A program made the position numbers and the translations under genes. A stretch of 55,710 nt of DNA from a virus (taxonomy: Duplodnaviria > Caudoviricetes): positions 1 to 55,710 of the IMG/VR virus record IMGVR_UViG_3300036987_000045; one strand, given 5' to 3'. Shown one piece after another: positions 38,331-48,019 of this stretch (position 1 is the first letter of the stretch; each line of letters opens with the position of its first letter). The notes beneath the pieces are model-generated. The model did no database searches and was not told the origin of the DNA. It saw nothing but the letters and a program-made list of their open reading frames with translations.

Positions 38331-38699
38331 GGTTTCTCCTTTTTCGCAGTAGCGAAGTTAATCTGCCAGCAATTTAAAAATGCGATACCGTTCTCTCCAG
38401 CCTACCGATTCACGCAAGATCGTAAACATTTTCCACATCTCAGGGTTTTTGTCATAATTGCAGGAGATACGGATTCTACCCCATAGTTCAAACAAGGTGG
38501 CCGATTGAGTATTTTTAACTCCCATCTTTCCCTTCTCCCTTTTAAAGTAAGCTCCGGTTTTGTCCAGGTCCAGGAACTGGTGGCTGTGGGCCGGATTCCC
38601 CACTCGGCTCCATTGCTTTGTGTCTGACAGGACTTACACCACCCACAGCATCCTATCGTCATAGGATCGTTACCACTACCCGGCGCTGTCACGCCGCCA

Positions 38700-39019
38700 C
38701 AGCCAAATCGTACTATTAATCAAATGTCTTAAATTGGGAATTATATATTTAATTCCTACCTCGTAGGTAGAGTTAAAGGGTCAAAAAACACGAAAATAGT
38801 CACGTCCATAGTCATAGCGATTTTGGCCAAAAATGGGTCTTAAGTAGTTGTAGTTATTTGTAAATTGGGTTTTGGCTTTTCTGACCCCCCCCTAAGGGGT
38901 ATAATAAAGGGGGTTACCCCCTCTCTTTCTCATATATAGGCCATAACTATATGTAATTATTAACATAAAGTACAATTCAGAGTAGTTTTAATATTGACTA
39001 TGACCGTGACTATGTTTTC
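38700..39019. other. Candidate replication origin
   Basis: AT-rich non-coding region right after the helicase gene, bounded by an imperfect inverted repeat with ATAGTCA/TGACTAT pairs. Confidence 0.5.
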
Positions 39020-40211
39020 ACTCCTTTAACAGCTTGTATACCCTCTCAACCGAGTCATATTCTACCTCTCCAGATTTGATTAAATTGGACAAGGACTGAT
39101 TCCATATCCAGATTCCAACCCGCCGTTTGTTACATCGCTGAGCTAGTCTTTCTTTACTTAATGGATTGCCCTCCAACACTCGTCGGATGTTCTCCTCAAG
39201 CTTGGCTATCTTACTATCAGCATCAATTGGATCAGCCTGCCGTCTGGCTCGAACCTGGTAGCGTAATAGGGCCACTGTCTTTCTGGCTGCCGACTCGGTC
39301 ACCATGTCGCTCTCATCGTTTAGTGCTATAAGCAGCATTAAGCGGTGACCAAAAGTATCAATGCGCTTGTCGAAGATAGAATTCTCCTGACTAAAGTACC
39401 AGTCAGCAAAGATCTTTCGCGCCATCGGAGTGATTGGCATTACATAAGGCGTCCCCCCTATTCTGTTTAAGCGATCAACCAGGCTTATGACCCGGCGCAG
39501 CTCCATTTGTAGCTCAGCGTACACCTCAGCCGGTAGTTGTATAGGCACTGGGAACTTCCTATCACTGTTGCCGATGACCACAAACAACCGATTGAGCAAA
39601 CCAATATCTGTAAACTGTTGGGTAAACATATGTTGGTAGCTGTCTAGCGTTGATGCAGCTAGTAATGCAAGTGCCCCATTTTCAATCTTTATTGAGTGTG
39701 TCTTAGTTAGGGACTGGAACCGCGCTGAATCAAACAACGTACATACAAAAGGCAGCAGCACCGAGGACTCAATCTTCATCTTTTGTATAAGAGCCTTAAG
39801 CTCATCAATAACCATCAACACACTGTTATTACTGGAGAAAGCCCTCGCCAGGCCCTCAGCACTACCTGCCCCTAAGACTGTGTTGAGCGTACCTAGTGGC
39901 AGCGTGTCAATGAAAAAGTCCAGCGTCTTGGTTATAGCTGTGGACTTACGAGCATCTGCGGACTCTCCTAGCAAAACTGTGTACAGACGTGGGGCAATAT
40001 TCAATTCTGATTCCAAGCGTATCCTATTAGCTGCTACATGACCTAAGACAGTTAGGTATGCCATAAAGAGAAAGTTCTCTGAAGGTTCCAGTGCTGTGGC
40101 CATCGCTTTAGCATACTTGGCGGCGGCCCCGGTCATCACGCTTTGTGGCCAATCAACAATCAGATCCCGCTTTACTCCAACTAGCTTGAGAGTCATGTAT
40201 GTGCTCTCCAT
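39018..40211 (-). CDS. DUF3987-type primase-associated helicase
   Basis: LYTVLLGESADARKS (Walker A variant), SAEGL, IDE and GLLNRL; adjacent to the polymerase. Confidence 0.75.
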   Translation of the reverse strand: MESTYMTLKLVGVKRDLIVDWPQSVMTGAAAKYAKAMATALEPSENFLFMAYLTVLGHVAANRIRLESELNIAPRLYTVLLGESADARKSTAITKTLDFFIDTLPLGTLNTVLGAGSAEGLARAFSSNNSVLMVIDELKALIQKMKIESSVLLPFVCTLFDSARFQSLTKTHSIKIENGALALLAASTLDSYQHMFTQQFTDIGLLNRLFVVIGNSDRKFPVPIQLPAEVYAELQMELRRVISLVDRLNRIGGTPYVMPITPMARKIFADWYFSQENSIFDKRIDTFGHRLMLLIALNDESDMVTESAARKTVALLRYQVRARRQADPIDADSKIAKLEENIRRVLEGNPLSKERLAQRCNKRRVGIWIWNQSLSNLIKSGEVEYDSVERVYKLLKE

Positions 40212-40221
40212 CCACGCCGAA

Positions 40222-42480
40222 TTATTCCAGCCAGCTGTTGTAACATACCTTAGTCTCCAGAGGAATAGTCAGGGGTTCGCCTCCAACGATTATCTCCCGC
40301 TCAATCACCTCGTGCATCAACGCAACGACAGCATCAATACAGCCCAAAGGACACTCGACAATCAATTCATCGTGGATCTGGAGAAGCAGATACGCACCAA
40401 TCGGTTTGAGTCTTAACCATAACTCCAACAGACCCAAGTTTATGTAGTCCCCAATCGCGGACTGCGGCTCGAATGCGTACGCTGCCCGGAACAGCTCATC
40501 ACCCCAACGCCCAAGGAACAGACGCTTACGCCCAAAGGCAGTTGAGAGGACGCGCTCGTTCTTTTGTAGGCGCTCCCTTACCTTAGCGTGCCACTTACGC
40601 ACCTGAGGGTAGGCCCGGTGGTAGCCTTCCAACAGCGTCTTGCCCTCTTTGTTGGACACCTTAAGGGTTGCTGCTAGTTGGTTGGGTCCTTGTCCGTAGT
40701 TGGAAGCGTGGTTGACGACCTTAGCGATATTGCGGCCCTTACTTCCAGACGGATATTCCGCCTCGCTACCACCAAAGAGAAGCGACGCCGTAAGAGAGTG
40801 GACATCGCGTTGCTCCTTAAACGCCGTTTGCATTGGGCCTTTAACGAGCCAGGCCACATACCTGTTCTCCGCTTGGGATAGGTCACCCTTAACAAAACAC
40901 ATCCCCGGTCGGGGGACAAAAGCTGCGCGTACGTGCTTCGGGATGTTTTGAAGGTTCGTCCCAGCACCATCAACTGCCTCTCTAGAAGAGAGACGACCAG
41001 TAACTGTGCCGCTGACAACGAACTCGGTGTGGATTGCTCCATCATAACTGACCTTAACGCGTTTAAGGTGGCTCGCCGCATCACGCAGTCTCCTCGTTTC
41101 CAACAATAAATCCGCTTCAGTATAGCCTCTAGCTGATAACTTACTCAACGCTTCCTTATCAACGGTCACATTACCCCGCTTACGGTGCGTGATAGACTTA
41201 GCGCCCAACGTCTCGTAGAACAACTCCTTCACTTGCTTGCTAGACTTGACGTTTATCTCCGCACCGACAAGCGTTTCCAGTTCAGTCTGTTTACCTTGGG
41301 CCATATCCAGCGTCTTCTCGATCGCGGCACCTAGCACAGCCTGGTCGATCAGCACTCCACGGTGCTGCATCTCAAACAGACACCGGGTCAGGGGCATTGT
41401 ATAGCCCAAGAAGAAGTCCAGCATACCCATTTCCGCTAGCTCTTTAAGCGCCCACTCATACACTTGATACGTCGCCATGCAGTCACGGGCATTGTATACC
41501 CACGTATCCAGATCCCCATGCTTACGACTGTCAATGGCATAGAAGTTAAGATCGCTGTGCATCGAGGCCAGGAAGTCCAGGTCGTGGGACAACTCTGGGC
41601 ACACTAGATGGTGTGCGTACATCGTATCGAAGAGGGCTGGAGCTGGGAACCCGATCAAAGGCGTAAGGAAGGTAAGGTCGAACTGCATATTCTGAGCGAT
41701 CTTACCAATACCCGGAGTACCAAAGAGCGTTTGCAGCAGGTGCCAAATCGTCGCCTCGTCGGTTGGCGACCACTGGTTACGGTAGCCGTTCTTAAACGGA
41801 ATGACCAGTGCATCATGACCGCTTACTGCCAACCCTAAGCACCGGATACGAGGGCCTAGCGTCTCAATGTCATAGGCAAACGCGCCAGCAGACTTACAAC
41901 GTTCGATGTACGCCTCTATTTCCTCTATACTAGGGTTGAGTGTAATCTTATAGCTAGGCTGAGTGTACCCGTTAATGCTGATGTCCTTAGCTTTTACCAA
42001 GTCACTGATGCCACAGGGGTGTTTACTATACTCCCTCAGGATGGCACTGGGATGAAGCATGGGTACGACCCAGGGACCATCAACCAGCGTACACTGCAAT
42101 ACACTACCCCGCCACTTGGACACTTCCTTCTTGATTCCGGTCAACGCGGTCAATGCCGTCTGCCCCGCAGCCACAATACACGTAGGCTGGACACGCCTAA
42201 CTATTTCCTCTAACCGTGGGTAGAACTCCTCAATTGTATAACCTAGTTCCCCTAGTCTAGCTAGCTCATTCTTCGGGGGGCGTACCGGAACCACGTTGTC
42301 AATGTAGATCTCCTCACGCCTAAGACCAGCTGCGGCGATGAGCTGGTTGAGCAAGCGTCCGGCGCGCCCAACAAATGGCTCACCTCGAGCGACCTCTTCT
42401 TCACCAAGAGCCTCCCCTACGATCATTAGCTTACAAGGGACGGGACCGACCCCGTTGACTTGTTTAGTGCCGCGTACCAT
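40222..42480 (-). CDS. Family A DNA polymerase with N-terminal family-4 uracil-DNA glycosylase and 3'-5' exonuclease domains
   Basis: VGEALG..E...PFVG.AG and LHPS (UDG); DIET and NMQFD (exo); DLSQAE, AKVVNHASNYG and QIHDE (motifs A, B, C). Confidence 0.93.
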   Translation of the reverse strand: MVRGTKQVNGVGPVPCKLMIVGEALGEEEVARGEPFVGRAGRLLNQLIAAAGLRREEIYIDNVVPVRPPKNELARLGELGYTIEEFYPRLEEIVRRVQPTCIVAAGQTALTALTGIKKEVSKWRGSVLQCTLVDGPWVVPMLHPSAILREYSKHPCGISDLVKAKDISINGYTQPSYKITLNPSIEEIEAYIERCKSAGAFAYDIETLGPRIRCLGLAVSGHDALVIPFKNGYRNQWSPTDEATIWHLLQTLFGTPGIGKIAQNMQFDLTFLTPLIGFPAPALFDTMYAHHLVCPELSHDLDFLASMHSDLNFYAIDSRKHGDLDTWVYNARDCMATYQVYEWALKELAEMGMLDFFLGYTMPLTRCLFEMQHRGVLIDQAVLGAAIEKTLDMAQGKQTELETLVGAEINVKSSKQVKELFYETLGAKSITHRKRGNVTVDKEALSKLSARGYTEADLLLETRRLRDAASHLKRVKVSYDGAIHTEFVVSGTVTGRLSSREAVDGAGTNLQNIPKHVRAAFVPRPGMCFVKGDLSQAENRYVAWLVKGPMQTAFKEQRDVHSLTASLLFGGSEAEYPSGSKGRNIAKVVNHASNYGQGPNQLAATLKVSNKEGKTLLEGYHRAYPQVRKWHAKVRERLQKNERVLSTAFGRKRLFLGRWGDELFRAAYAFEPQSAIGDYINLGLLELWLRLKPIGAYLLLQIHDELIVECPLGCIDAVVALMHEVIEREIIVGGEPLTIPLETKVCYNSWLE

Positions 42481-42651
42481 GTGTGTCCTCTTCCTTCATA
42501 ACCTTGGGCTCGCGGATTACAAGCATTTCTTCCTTACACACAGGACAATAGATAAATGTTGTGCCCTCATTCTTAAATTGCATAACGGACGTACTGCACA
42601 CAGGACACCAGAACGAACTATCAGAGTATTTGCTATTAGTCATGTATGCTC

Positions 42652-43287
42652 CTACGAACATTTAGCAGAGTTACGAACAATAATCCAGTACGAATGCCGC
42701 TTCCGTGCGTGCCGCTGGGTCTTCCAAAAGGGATGCTCTATGACCCCAGCTTTACGCGTCTTAATAATCAGATCACACGGACACATCCCCGCCTGCCGCA
42801 CAGCATTGATCAAATCTACAATACGCCAATGATAACGAGCACTTGTAACAAAATCACAGATCTTAACGAGCACAATGCCCTCTGGTATAAGTACTCGTCT
42901 GGCCTCCCGCATAAATGGGAGGAATGGATCGCAGTCACTTGTATACTCGCTGTACAGCCCTTTGATACAGCCAGGACTGCCGGTCTTAACCAGGTGGGGC
43001 GGGTCAAACACCAACACGTCCACACTTTTGTCCTTAAGCGGCAGGGCACAGTAATTTGCTATTCCATGCTTAACACGGGCCGGATCAAGATCGAAGCCGA
43101 AGGGCTGAATCGACACACCTTTCCACATGCGCCCCTTGCCATACGTCACATCAACCACTACTTTAGGGGGAACACGCGGATACAACGCCAACATATGCTC
43201 CATCAGCGAGGCATCGTCGCGTTCCCAAATACTGGTTAGTTTGTTATGAACGGATATACCATAGTCCCTATCTGCCCCGCTTACCAA
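42652..43287 (-). CDS. Probable DNA amino-methyltransferase (m6A/m4C)
   Basis: VDVTYGKG..W (SAM motif), VFDPPH and EARRVLIPEG; start uncertain. Confidence 0.7.
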   Translation of the reverse strand: MVSGADRDYGISVHNKLTSIWERDDASLMEHMLALYPRVPPKVVVDVTYGKGRMWKGVSIQPFGFDLDPARVKHGIANYCALPLKDKSVDVLVFDPPHLVKTGSPGCIKGLYSEYTSDCDPFLPFMREARRVLIPEGIVLVKICDFVTSARYHWRIVDLINAVRQAGMCPCDLIIKTRKAGVIEHPFWKTQRHARKRHSYWIIVRNSAKCS

Positions 43288-43513
43288 ACCGTTTCTCCTC
43301 CGACAGACGCTCCCTCAGGATTTCGCACTTTTCCAGGTACGCATCAATGTCTTCCCACTTGTCCATGAAGTCCTCCAGGGCACGGTTCATCACAGTCTTT
43401 AGTGCCCCGTAATCAGGGAACGTTCTGCGGAAGCGTCGCCATAAAGGCATACGTATCCTTACATGCAAAGAATGGTATTCAGCTGTGTCTTTCTTAGGTC
43501 CGGGCATGTACAA
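43268..43513 (-). CDS. Small ribbon-helix-helix-like protein
   Basis: LHVRI beta strand followed by helices; AAGGAG RBS. Confidence 0.45.
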   Translation of the reverse strand: MYMPGPKKDTAEYHSLHVRIRMPLWRRFRRTFPDYGALKTVMNRALEDFMDKWEDIDAYLEKCEILRERLSEEKRFGKRGR

Positions 43514-43638
43514 TCTCCTTCCTTATGAACAGGGGGCCTCCGACCGGCCCCCGAGGGCTATAGTCAATAAGCATTAACTAGCAACAGTTAACATATTACC
43601 GCGTTCCTTACTTCAAGTGTGGGCGCATACGTATTCTC

Positions 43639-44004
43639 TCAGCGCCCGGTGCGATACTTCTTGATGCGCGCGTTCAACTCGCCTTGATACTCCTCGTGCT
43701 GAACTTCGGCCCAAACGATCTTGCCGACCAGCTCATCGGGATCAACACCCATGCGGAAGTCCATCCCAGCCGCATCTGCAAATGCCTTGAGACGACGGGC
43801 GCTTCCAGCAGTGAGTACGAGCCGATCAAACACAGTACGTCCGGTGTACTGCGGATCGTTGACCACGTTGAGCCGCAGGTTGATCATGGAGTTGCCAGCC
43901 TGGGACTCGGCAGCCTCGGCTTCGGAGACCTGAAACTGGTAAGTGCCCTCGGGGAGTCCAGCGGACTCTTTGTCAATGTCAAAAGCCAAACTGATGATAG
44001 CCAT
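43639..44004 (-). CDS. DUF669-like single-stranded DNA-binding protein
   Basis: LPEGTY, SQAGN.MI.L, GRTVFD and HEEYQG; next to the Sak4-like ATPase. Confidence 0.8.
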   Translation of the reverse strand: MAIISLAFDIDKESAGLPEGTYQFQVSEAEAAESQAGNSMINLRLNVVNDPQYTGRTVFDRLVLTAGSARRLKAFADAAGMDFRMGVDPDELVGKIVWAEVQHEEYQGELNARIKKYRTGR

Positions 44005-44018
44005 ACGTGTGTTGCCTC

Positions 44019-44795
44019 CTACTTTTTAATAAGCGACCCACTGGTCGCTGGTTTAGCGTTTCCATCAAACAAGGACCCGAAGTTCTGCTCAATCTTCTCG
44101 GGCAACCCATCCTGTAGCCTAGTTCCAATAGTACCCATAAGAGGGGTCGGCTTAGTGATCCAGAAGTACGAGTCCCCACTGAACGCGCTCTGGAACCGGG
44201 ACTCAAATAGTGCCAGCAAGCGATTGGGCAGCTGCTTACCGTACACCAACGGGATCTCCTTGATACGCCCGCTCAGCTCGTCCTTTTCCATCATAATGTG
44301 AGAGACGAGGACAAAGTGCTTAGAGCGGGCCGCTGTACATACGCTAATAATCTCTACCAGCTTCTCGATCGCATCGCCATAGTCTGCCTGGGAATTGGGC
44401 TTGCTGCGTTTGTTGAGGTGCATCACCGCCTCTAGCACCACATTGGCTAACCCCGTTAGTCCGTCCAAAGCGATAGACTGCACGTCGTCACAGAGTAGGG
44501 CGGCGTTCAGGTCCCGTACCAACATCTGGTAGATCATACCGGATTCGCTAACCCGACTGCCGCGATCCACTCCACCGGACACCTGCCTTTGGGCTGAGTT
44601 GTAATCAATAACCAGCGTCTCGGTGCTTTCCATAGCCGCGGCGGAGAAGCGGCCCGGTGGCAGCTCGACGTACGGTACGCGCAACGCTACGAAGCCCTGC
44701 GGATCAAGGCTCAGGATCAAACGCTTAGGTGGGAGTGTACCCAACGAGCGCGTCTTCCCTGTACTCGGTTCCCCTATAATAATACAGTTACTCAT
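44019..44795 (-). CDS. AAA_24/Sak4-like ATPase (recombinase)
   Basis: GEPSTGKT, IALDGLT, DYG and VLVSH. Confidence 0.8.
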   Translation of the reverse strand: MSNCIIIGEPSTGKTRSLGTLPPKRLILSLDPQGFVALRVPYVELPPGRFSAAAMESTETLVIDYNSAQRQVSGGVDRGSRVSESGMIYQMLVRDLNAALLCDDVQSIALDGLTGLANVVLEAVMHLNKRSKPNSQADYGDAIEKLVEIISVCTAARSKHFVLVSHIMMEKDELSGRIKEIPLVYGKQLPNRLLALFESRFQSAFSGDSYFWITKPTPLMGTIGTRLQDGLPEKIEQNFGSLFDGNAKPATSGSLIKK

Positions 44796-44956
44796 TTAGC
44801 CTCCTTAATAATACCTAGTTTAAGTGCCGCGGCATAAAGTTGGGTAAGCTCGTGGTGACCACCAAGATTACCCAACTTGGTGTGGTAAAAATCAATTATA
44901 ATCCCACTATCAAATAGTAGTTCAGCTGCTCTCTTAGCCCATGACTCTAGCGTCAT
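44792..44956 (-). CDS. 54-aa hypothetical protein
   Basis: MTLESWAKRAAELLF...; ATGA coupling at both ends; not in the ORF track. Confidence 0.5.
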   Translation of the reverse strand: MTLESWAKRAAELLFDSGIIIDFYHTKLGNLGGHHELTQLYAAALKLGIIKEAK

Positions 44957-45186
44957 TCAGCCTCCTTTCCTACAGGGCCAGAATAGAGAATTTTGTGCTC
45001 TCCTGCGCCTCGCCAAGTGGTCTTAGCAACGATGCACATATCTTTACCAGTCTTTTCATTATAGAATACGCGTACGTGTATAGTGCCTCTCCAACTAGCG
45101 GCATATGTGTCAATACCACTACCCTTTGTGCCGCACCTAGTTGCCTCGCCTCTATTACCTTTAAGTGTTCCGTAGAAGTGACTCAC
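44953..45186 (-). CDS. Conserved small phage protein
   Basis: MSHFYGTLKGNRGEATRCG..SGI....ASW pattern; coupled ORF. Confidence 0.65.
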   Translation of the reverse strand: MSHFYGTLKGNRGEATRCGTKGSGIDTYAASWRGTIHVRVFYNEKTGKDMCIVAKTTWRGAGEHKILYSGPVGKEAE

Positions 45187-45416
45187 GACTCCTCCTTTAT
45201 GGCTTTAGTCTTCTTTTTGGCTGGCGTCTTCTTTTCCTTGATCGGGGGCAACTCCCGTTGTTCGTGTTTGGCAAGCAGCGCGTTTATGTCCCGGCGTACG
45301 TCCTCGTCAGTAGCGGGAAGCTCGTACAAGTACTTGTCGACCGCGCCTCCATCCCATAGAGTCGTACCCGCGGCGACGAAACGGCTACGAGTCAGCAGCA
45401 ACTTTAAGACTAGCAT
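45183..45416 (-). CDS. Hypothetical protein
   Basis: GGAGGAGG RBS before ATG 45416. Confidence 0.55.
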   Translation of the reverse strand: MLVLKLLLTRSRFVAAGTTLWDGGAVDKYLYELPATDEDVRRDINALLAKHEQRELPPIKEKKTPAKKKTKAIKEES

Positions 45417-45633
45417 TGTGGTCCTCCTCCAATGCCACGGCAAACTCCCTTCGCAGCACACTTAGGGCATCAATTACTTTATCTAGTTCCTCAAGCGAGT
45501 CGACGAAGACGGTTATCTCGCCACCATGCTTCAGTTCTATCAGCTTAAACGAGACGTATATCTGATTGAGATACTTTGCCCGCGGCCAAACATACGTTTC
45601 TACGTCTTTAAGTCCATGGATATTACCGTTCAT
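45385..45633 (-). CDS. Hypothetical protein
   Basis: GGGAGAG RBS before ATG 45633. Confidence 0.55.
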   Translation of the reverse strand: MNGNIHGLKDVETYVWPRAKYLNQIYVSFKLIELKHGGEITVFVDSLEELDKVIDALSVLRREFAVALEEDHNASLKVAADS

Positions 45634-45634
45634 G

Positions 45635-46570
45635 TCACTCTCCCGCGAATGGATGCCACCGATCGACCTCGAACAGCGACTCCCGTAAACGTTGCTCTTG
45701 CTCAGCATCCTGACACTTACACAGAATGTCGTAGTCACAGACCCGGTTAAACCGCGAACACGCTTTCGGCGCTCTCATAGGCCATATACCCGTGTCCCGG
45801 CACAGCGTGATCTTCATGACACACCACTTTACCCAATTATGCCACTCCTCGTAATCACGGGGGTAGATTTGGGCGGTGCGCCTATGTAAGTTGTCATGGA
45901 TTTTGAGGGCGTACTCACTCTCAGGGGGAAAGACTTCCATTTTCTTGGACAAACGGGGTACGATCAAGCCGTCAATGGCGATCTGTTTGGGATCAATGCC
46001 CGTCAGCTCCCGAGCCATGTACGCATAGCCAACCAGCTGCCAGTTTAATCTAGCCTGGGGCAGCCATATCATACCGGAAGTGCTCTTTAGATCAGTGACG
46101 GTGTTGTACGGGTCATCGGCTATGTAGTCGATGCGTCCGTAGTATAGGATCGAGCCCAGCTCGATCGCAGCCCCGATCTCAGTGTACAGGTCTTTGGGCT
46201 GGTCCCACTTCTGGTGATATGCATGGAGCATGACGCGTCCAATATAAGGGGTGCGCAGCGTGTCCTCCCAACCCAGTGACTCATACTTGCTGGTGTAGGA
46301 CTCGTCGAACGCGCTTAGGGCGCTTTGCAGATCTTTGGTTTGAGAGAGTGTGTCTCTGGCATGGTGGATAGCCGATCCGAACTCAAGTGCGGTGGCTGGG
46401 GGGCGGTCAATAGGGACAATACCTAGCTCGTAGCGGTTATAGTAATAACGAGCGCAATCACACAGGTCATTTAACTGTGTAAAATCAACCTCAAGCGGAG
46501 CAGTCCCCACGCTGTCAATAGGGAACGGGTGTTCGCTATCAAGGTCTTGCGGTTCCAAGGGCTTTTCCAT
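45635..46570 (-). CDS. PD-(D/E)XK RecB/Cas4-like exonuclease
   Basis: FGSAIH, GRIDY, TDLKS and QLVGY; Cys pattern C...C..C.....C for an Fe-S cluster. Confidence 0.85.
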   Translation of the reverse strand: MEKPLEPQDLDSEHPFPIDSVGTAPLEVDFTQLNDLCDCARYYYNRYELGIVPIDRPPATALEFGSAIHHARDTLSQTKDLQSALSAFDESYTSKYESLGWEDTLRTPYIGRVMLHAYHQKWDQPKDLYTEIGAAIELGSILYYGRIDYIADDPYNTVTDLKSTSGMIWLPQARLNWQLVGYAYMARELTGIDPKQIAIDGLIVPRLSKKMEVFPPESEYALKIHDNLHRRTAQIYPRDYEEWHNWVKWCVMKITLCRDTGIWPMRAPKACSRFNRVCDYDILCKCQDAEQEQRLRESLFEVDRWHPFAGE

Positions 46571-46582
46571 ATCGGTATCCTT

Positions 46583-46642
46583 ATGCTAACATAGGTTAAA
46601 ATAGGTTGTCAAGTACTTTTTTATGTGTCAAATGTTTGACAC
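46583..46642 (-). promoter_or_regulatory. Candidate sigma70 promoter with an adjacent palindromic operator
   Basis: Minus-strand TTGACA-N18-TAGCAT upstream of the Cas4-like gene; palindrome GTGTCAAA-TG-TTTGACAC at 46625-46642. Confidence 0.5.
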
Positions 46643-46984
46643 GTCGATTTACCATGGATCGAGGTCAGTGCAAAAGTCATTAATATAGGACAATACACGA
46701 CGAATCGCCCGCTTAGATTCTTCCTCGGCAACAGAATCTCCGCTGTTCCTCGTCCAATAAGCAGCAGATAATTTTCCTAACGCAGCTAAGCATGTGCCAA
46801 TGCAGGCAGCTTCCTCTTTATGCTTACGCTTGTTACGAGTCATTTTCATTCTCCTCAAATTTTGGTTTGTTGAAACGCCCGGTCGTTTCCGGCACTCAAG
46901 GCTGGACACGGTCGGGGGTGGTTCATTTAAGTTGGCACATTCCTTGCTCTAGACTAGCTAGTACTAGTTACCGCGATAAACGAG

Positions 46985-47023
46985 AAAAAGGGCCTACCGC
47001 TTTGTGAGCAAATAGGCCCTTTC
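46985..47023 (-). terminator. Rho-independent terminator
   Basis: AAAGGGCCTA...TAGGCCCTTT stem with a U-tract on the minus strand. Confidence 0.65.
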
Positions 47024-47138
47024 CTGTTGGGATCGTTATTCGGTTGTACGCGCCTCGAAGCAAGCTACCTATATAGTGGTAGAGCCTTCAAAGTTCTCAC
47101 TCGTCGGCGCGTTATTCAGTTGTAGGCGTTGCGTATTG

Positions 47139-47615
47139 CTAATGTGTTGTGCCGCTCCAAAGTCCCTTAGTAAACCGGCACTGGGATAATTCCACATCCT
47201 CGGAAATGCTTACGTCAGACAGCGTAATCTCCCCATCCTTGTCCTTGGTGTAGGTACACAGAGCAGTTACCGAATACCCAGACATGCTGCCCGATACCAA
47301 GATCGTATCCTGGGCATTGGGCAGATCCCGCACGCGCTTGTCAGGAATGGGATCGTCCTTGTCGATGTGTGCCATCCATGTATCGAATACGAGCACTACG
47401 GCATGTGCATTCAACGCGGCAGCGCGTTCCTTAAGTACTCTAGCCGCAGTATCCTTGCTGGCATCGGAGTCAAAGAACTCTATCTCCCGTACGTCCTGAT
47501 CGTCGTTGCCGTACAACATAATGGCAACTGGGAGAAGGTAGCCATCCTTGACTAGCGCACGTCGAGCTATCATCATAGCGCCGCGCACCACTTGATTCAG
47601 CTTGTATTTTGTCAC
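47139..47615 (-). CDS. Hypothetical early protein
   Basis: 158-aa coupled ORF with GAGGAGG RBS. Confidence 0.65.
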   Translation of the reverse strand: MTKYKLNQVVRGAMMIARRALVKDGYLLPVAIMLYGNDDQDVREIEFFDSDASKDTAARVLKERAAALNAHAVVLVFDTWMAHIDKDDPIPDKRVRDLPNAQDTILVSGSMSGYSVTALCTYTKDKDGEITLSDVSISEDVELSQCRFTKGLWSGTTH

Positions 47616-48016
47616 TTGTCGTCCTCCTCGCCTAGCTGATCCGACATAGCCTTCAACGCCTTAGCGAACTCGGCCATCGCGTCTTCTGGGCTGTGTAAAG
47701 ATTTGTGGCGACCTTTTGTCGCTAGTTCTCTGCTCTCCAGTACCGAGTCGCTTACCATTCTGGATAATATAACGCTGAACAGAGAGGCGGTTTTGGGATC
47801 GGCCTTACAACCAACGAGCGTTTCCCGTTCCAAGTCGATAGCCCAGAGGCCCGCATTACAGTGTTTTAGTGCCCATATAAGCGCCTGTCTGGTGGCCTGA
47901 TCGGTTGGCTTGACTGTTGCGAGTACGTCATCGAGAGTAATGTCGTTGTCGCTCTCGCACAGAGCTGCAACCACAGACTTGTTAATCAATCCCTTGTCAT
48001 CGTTCTTGTCTCCCAT
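47612..48016 (-). CDS. Hypothetical early protein
   Basis: GGAGG RBS. Confidence 0.6.
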   Translation of the reverse strand: MGDKNDDKGLINKSVVAALCESDNDITLDDVLATVKPTDQATRQALIWALKHCNAGLWAIDLERETLVGCKADPKTASLFSVILSRMVSDSVLESRELATKGRHKSLHSPEDAMAEFAKALKAMSDQLGEEDDK

Positions 48017-48019
48017 TGG

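Noticed and set aside
47034-47128. Mini-CRISPR array
   Set aside because: Only two 19-bp imperfect repeats with a 57-bp spacer. The nearby Cas4-like gene fits a standard phage recombination module with Sak4 and SSB.
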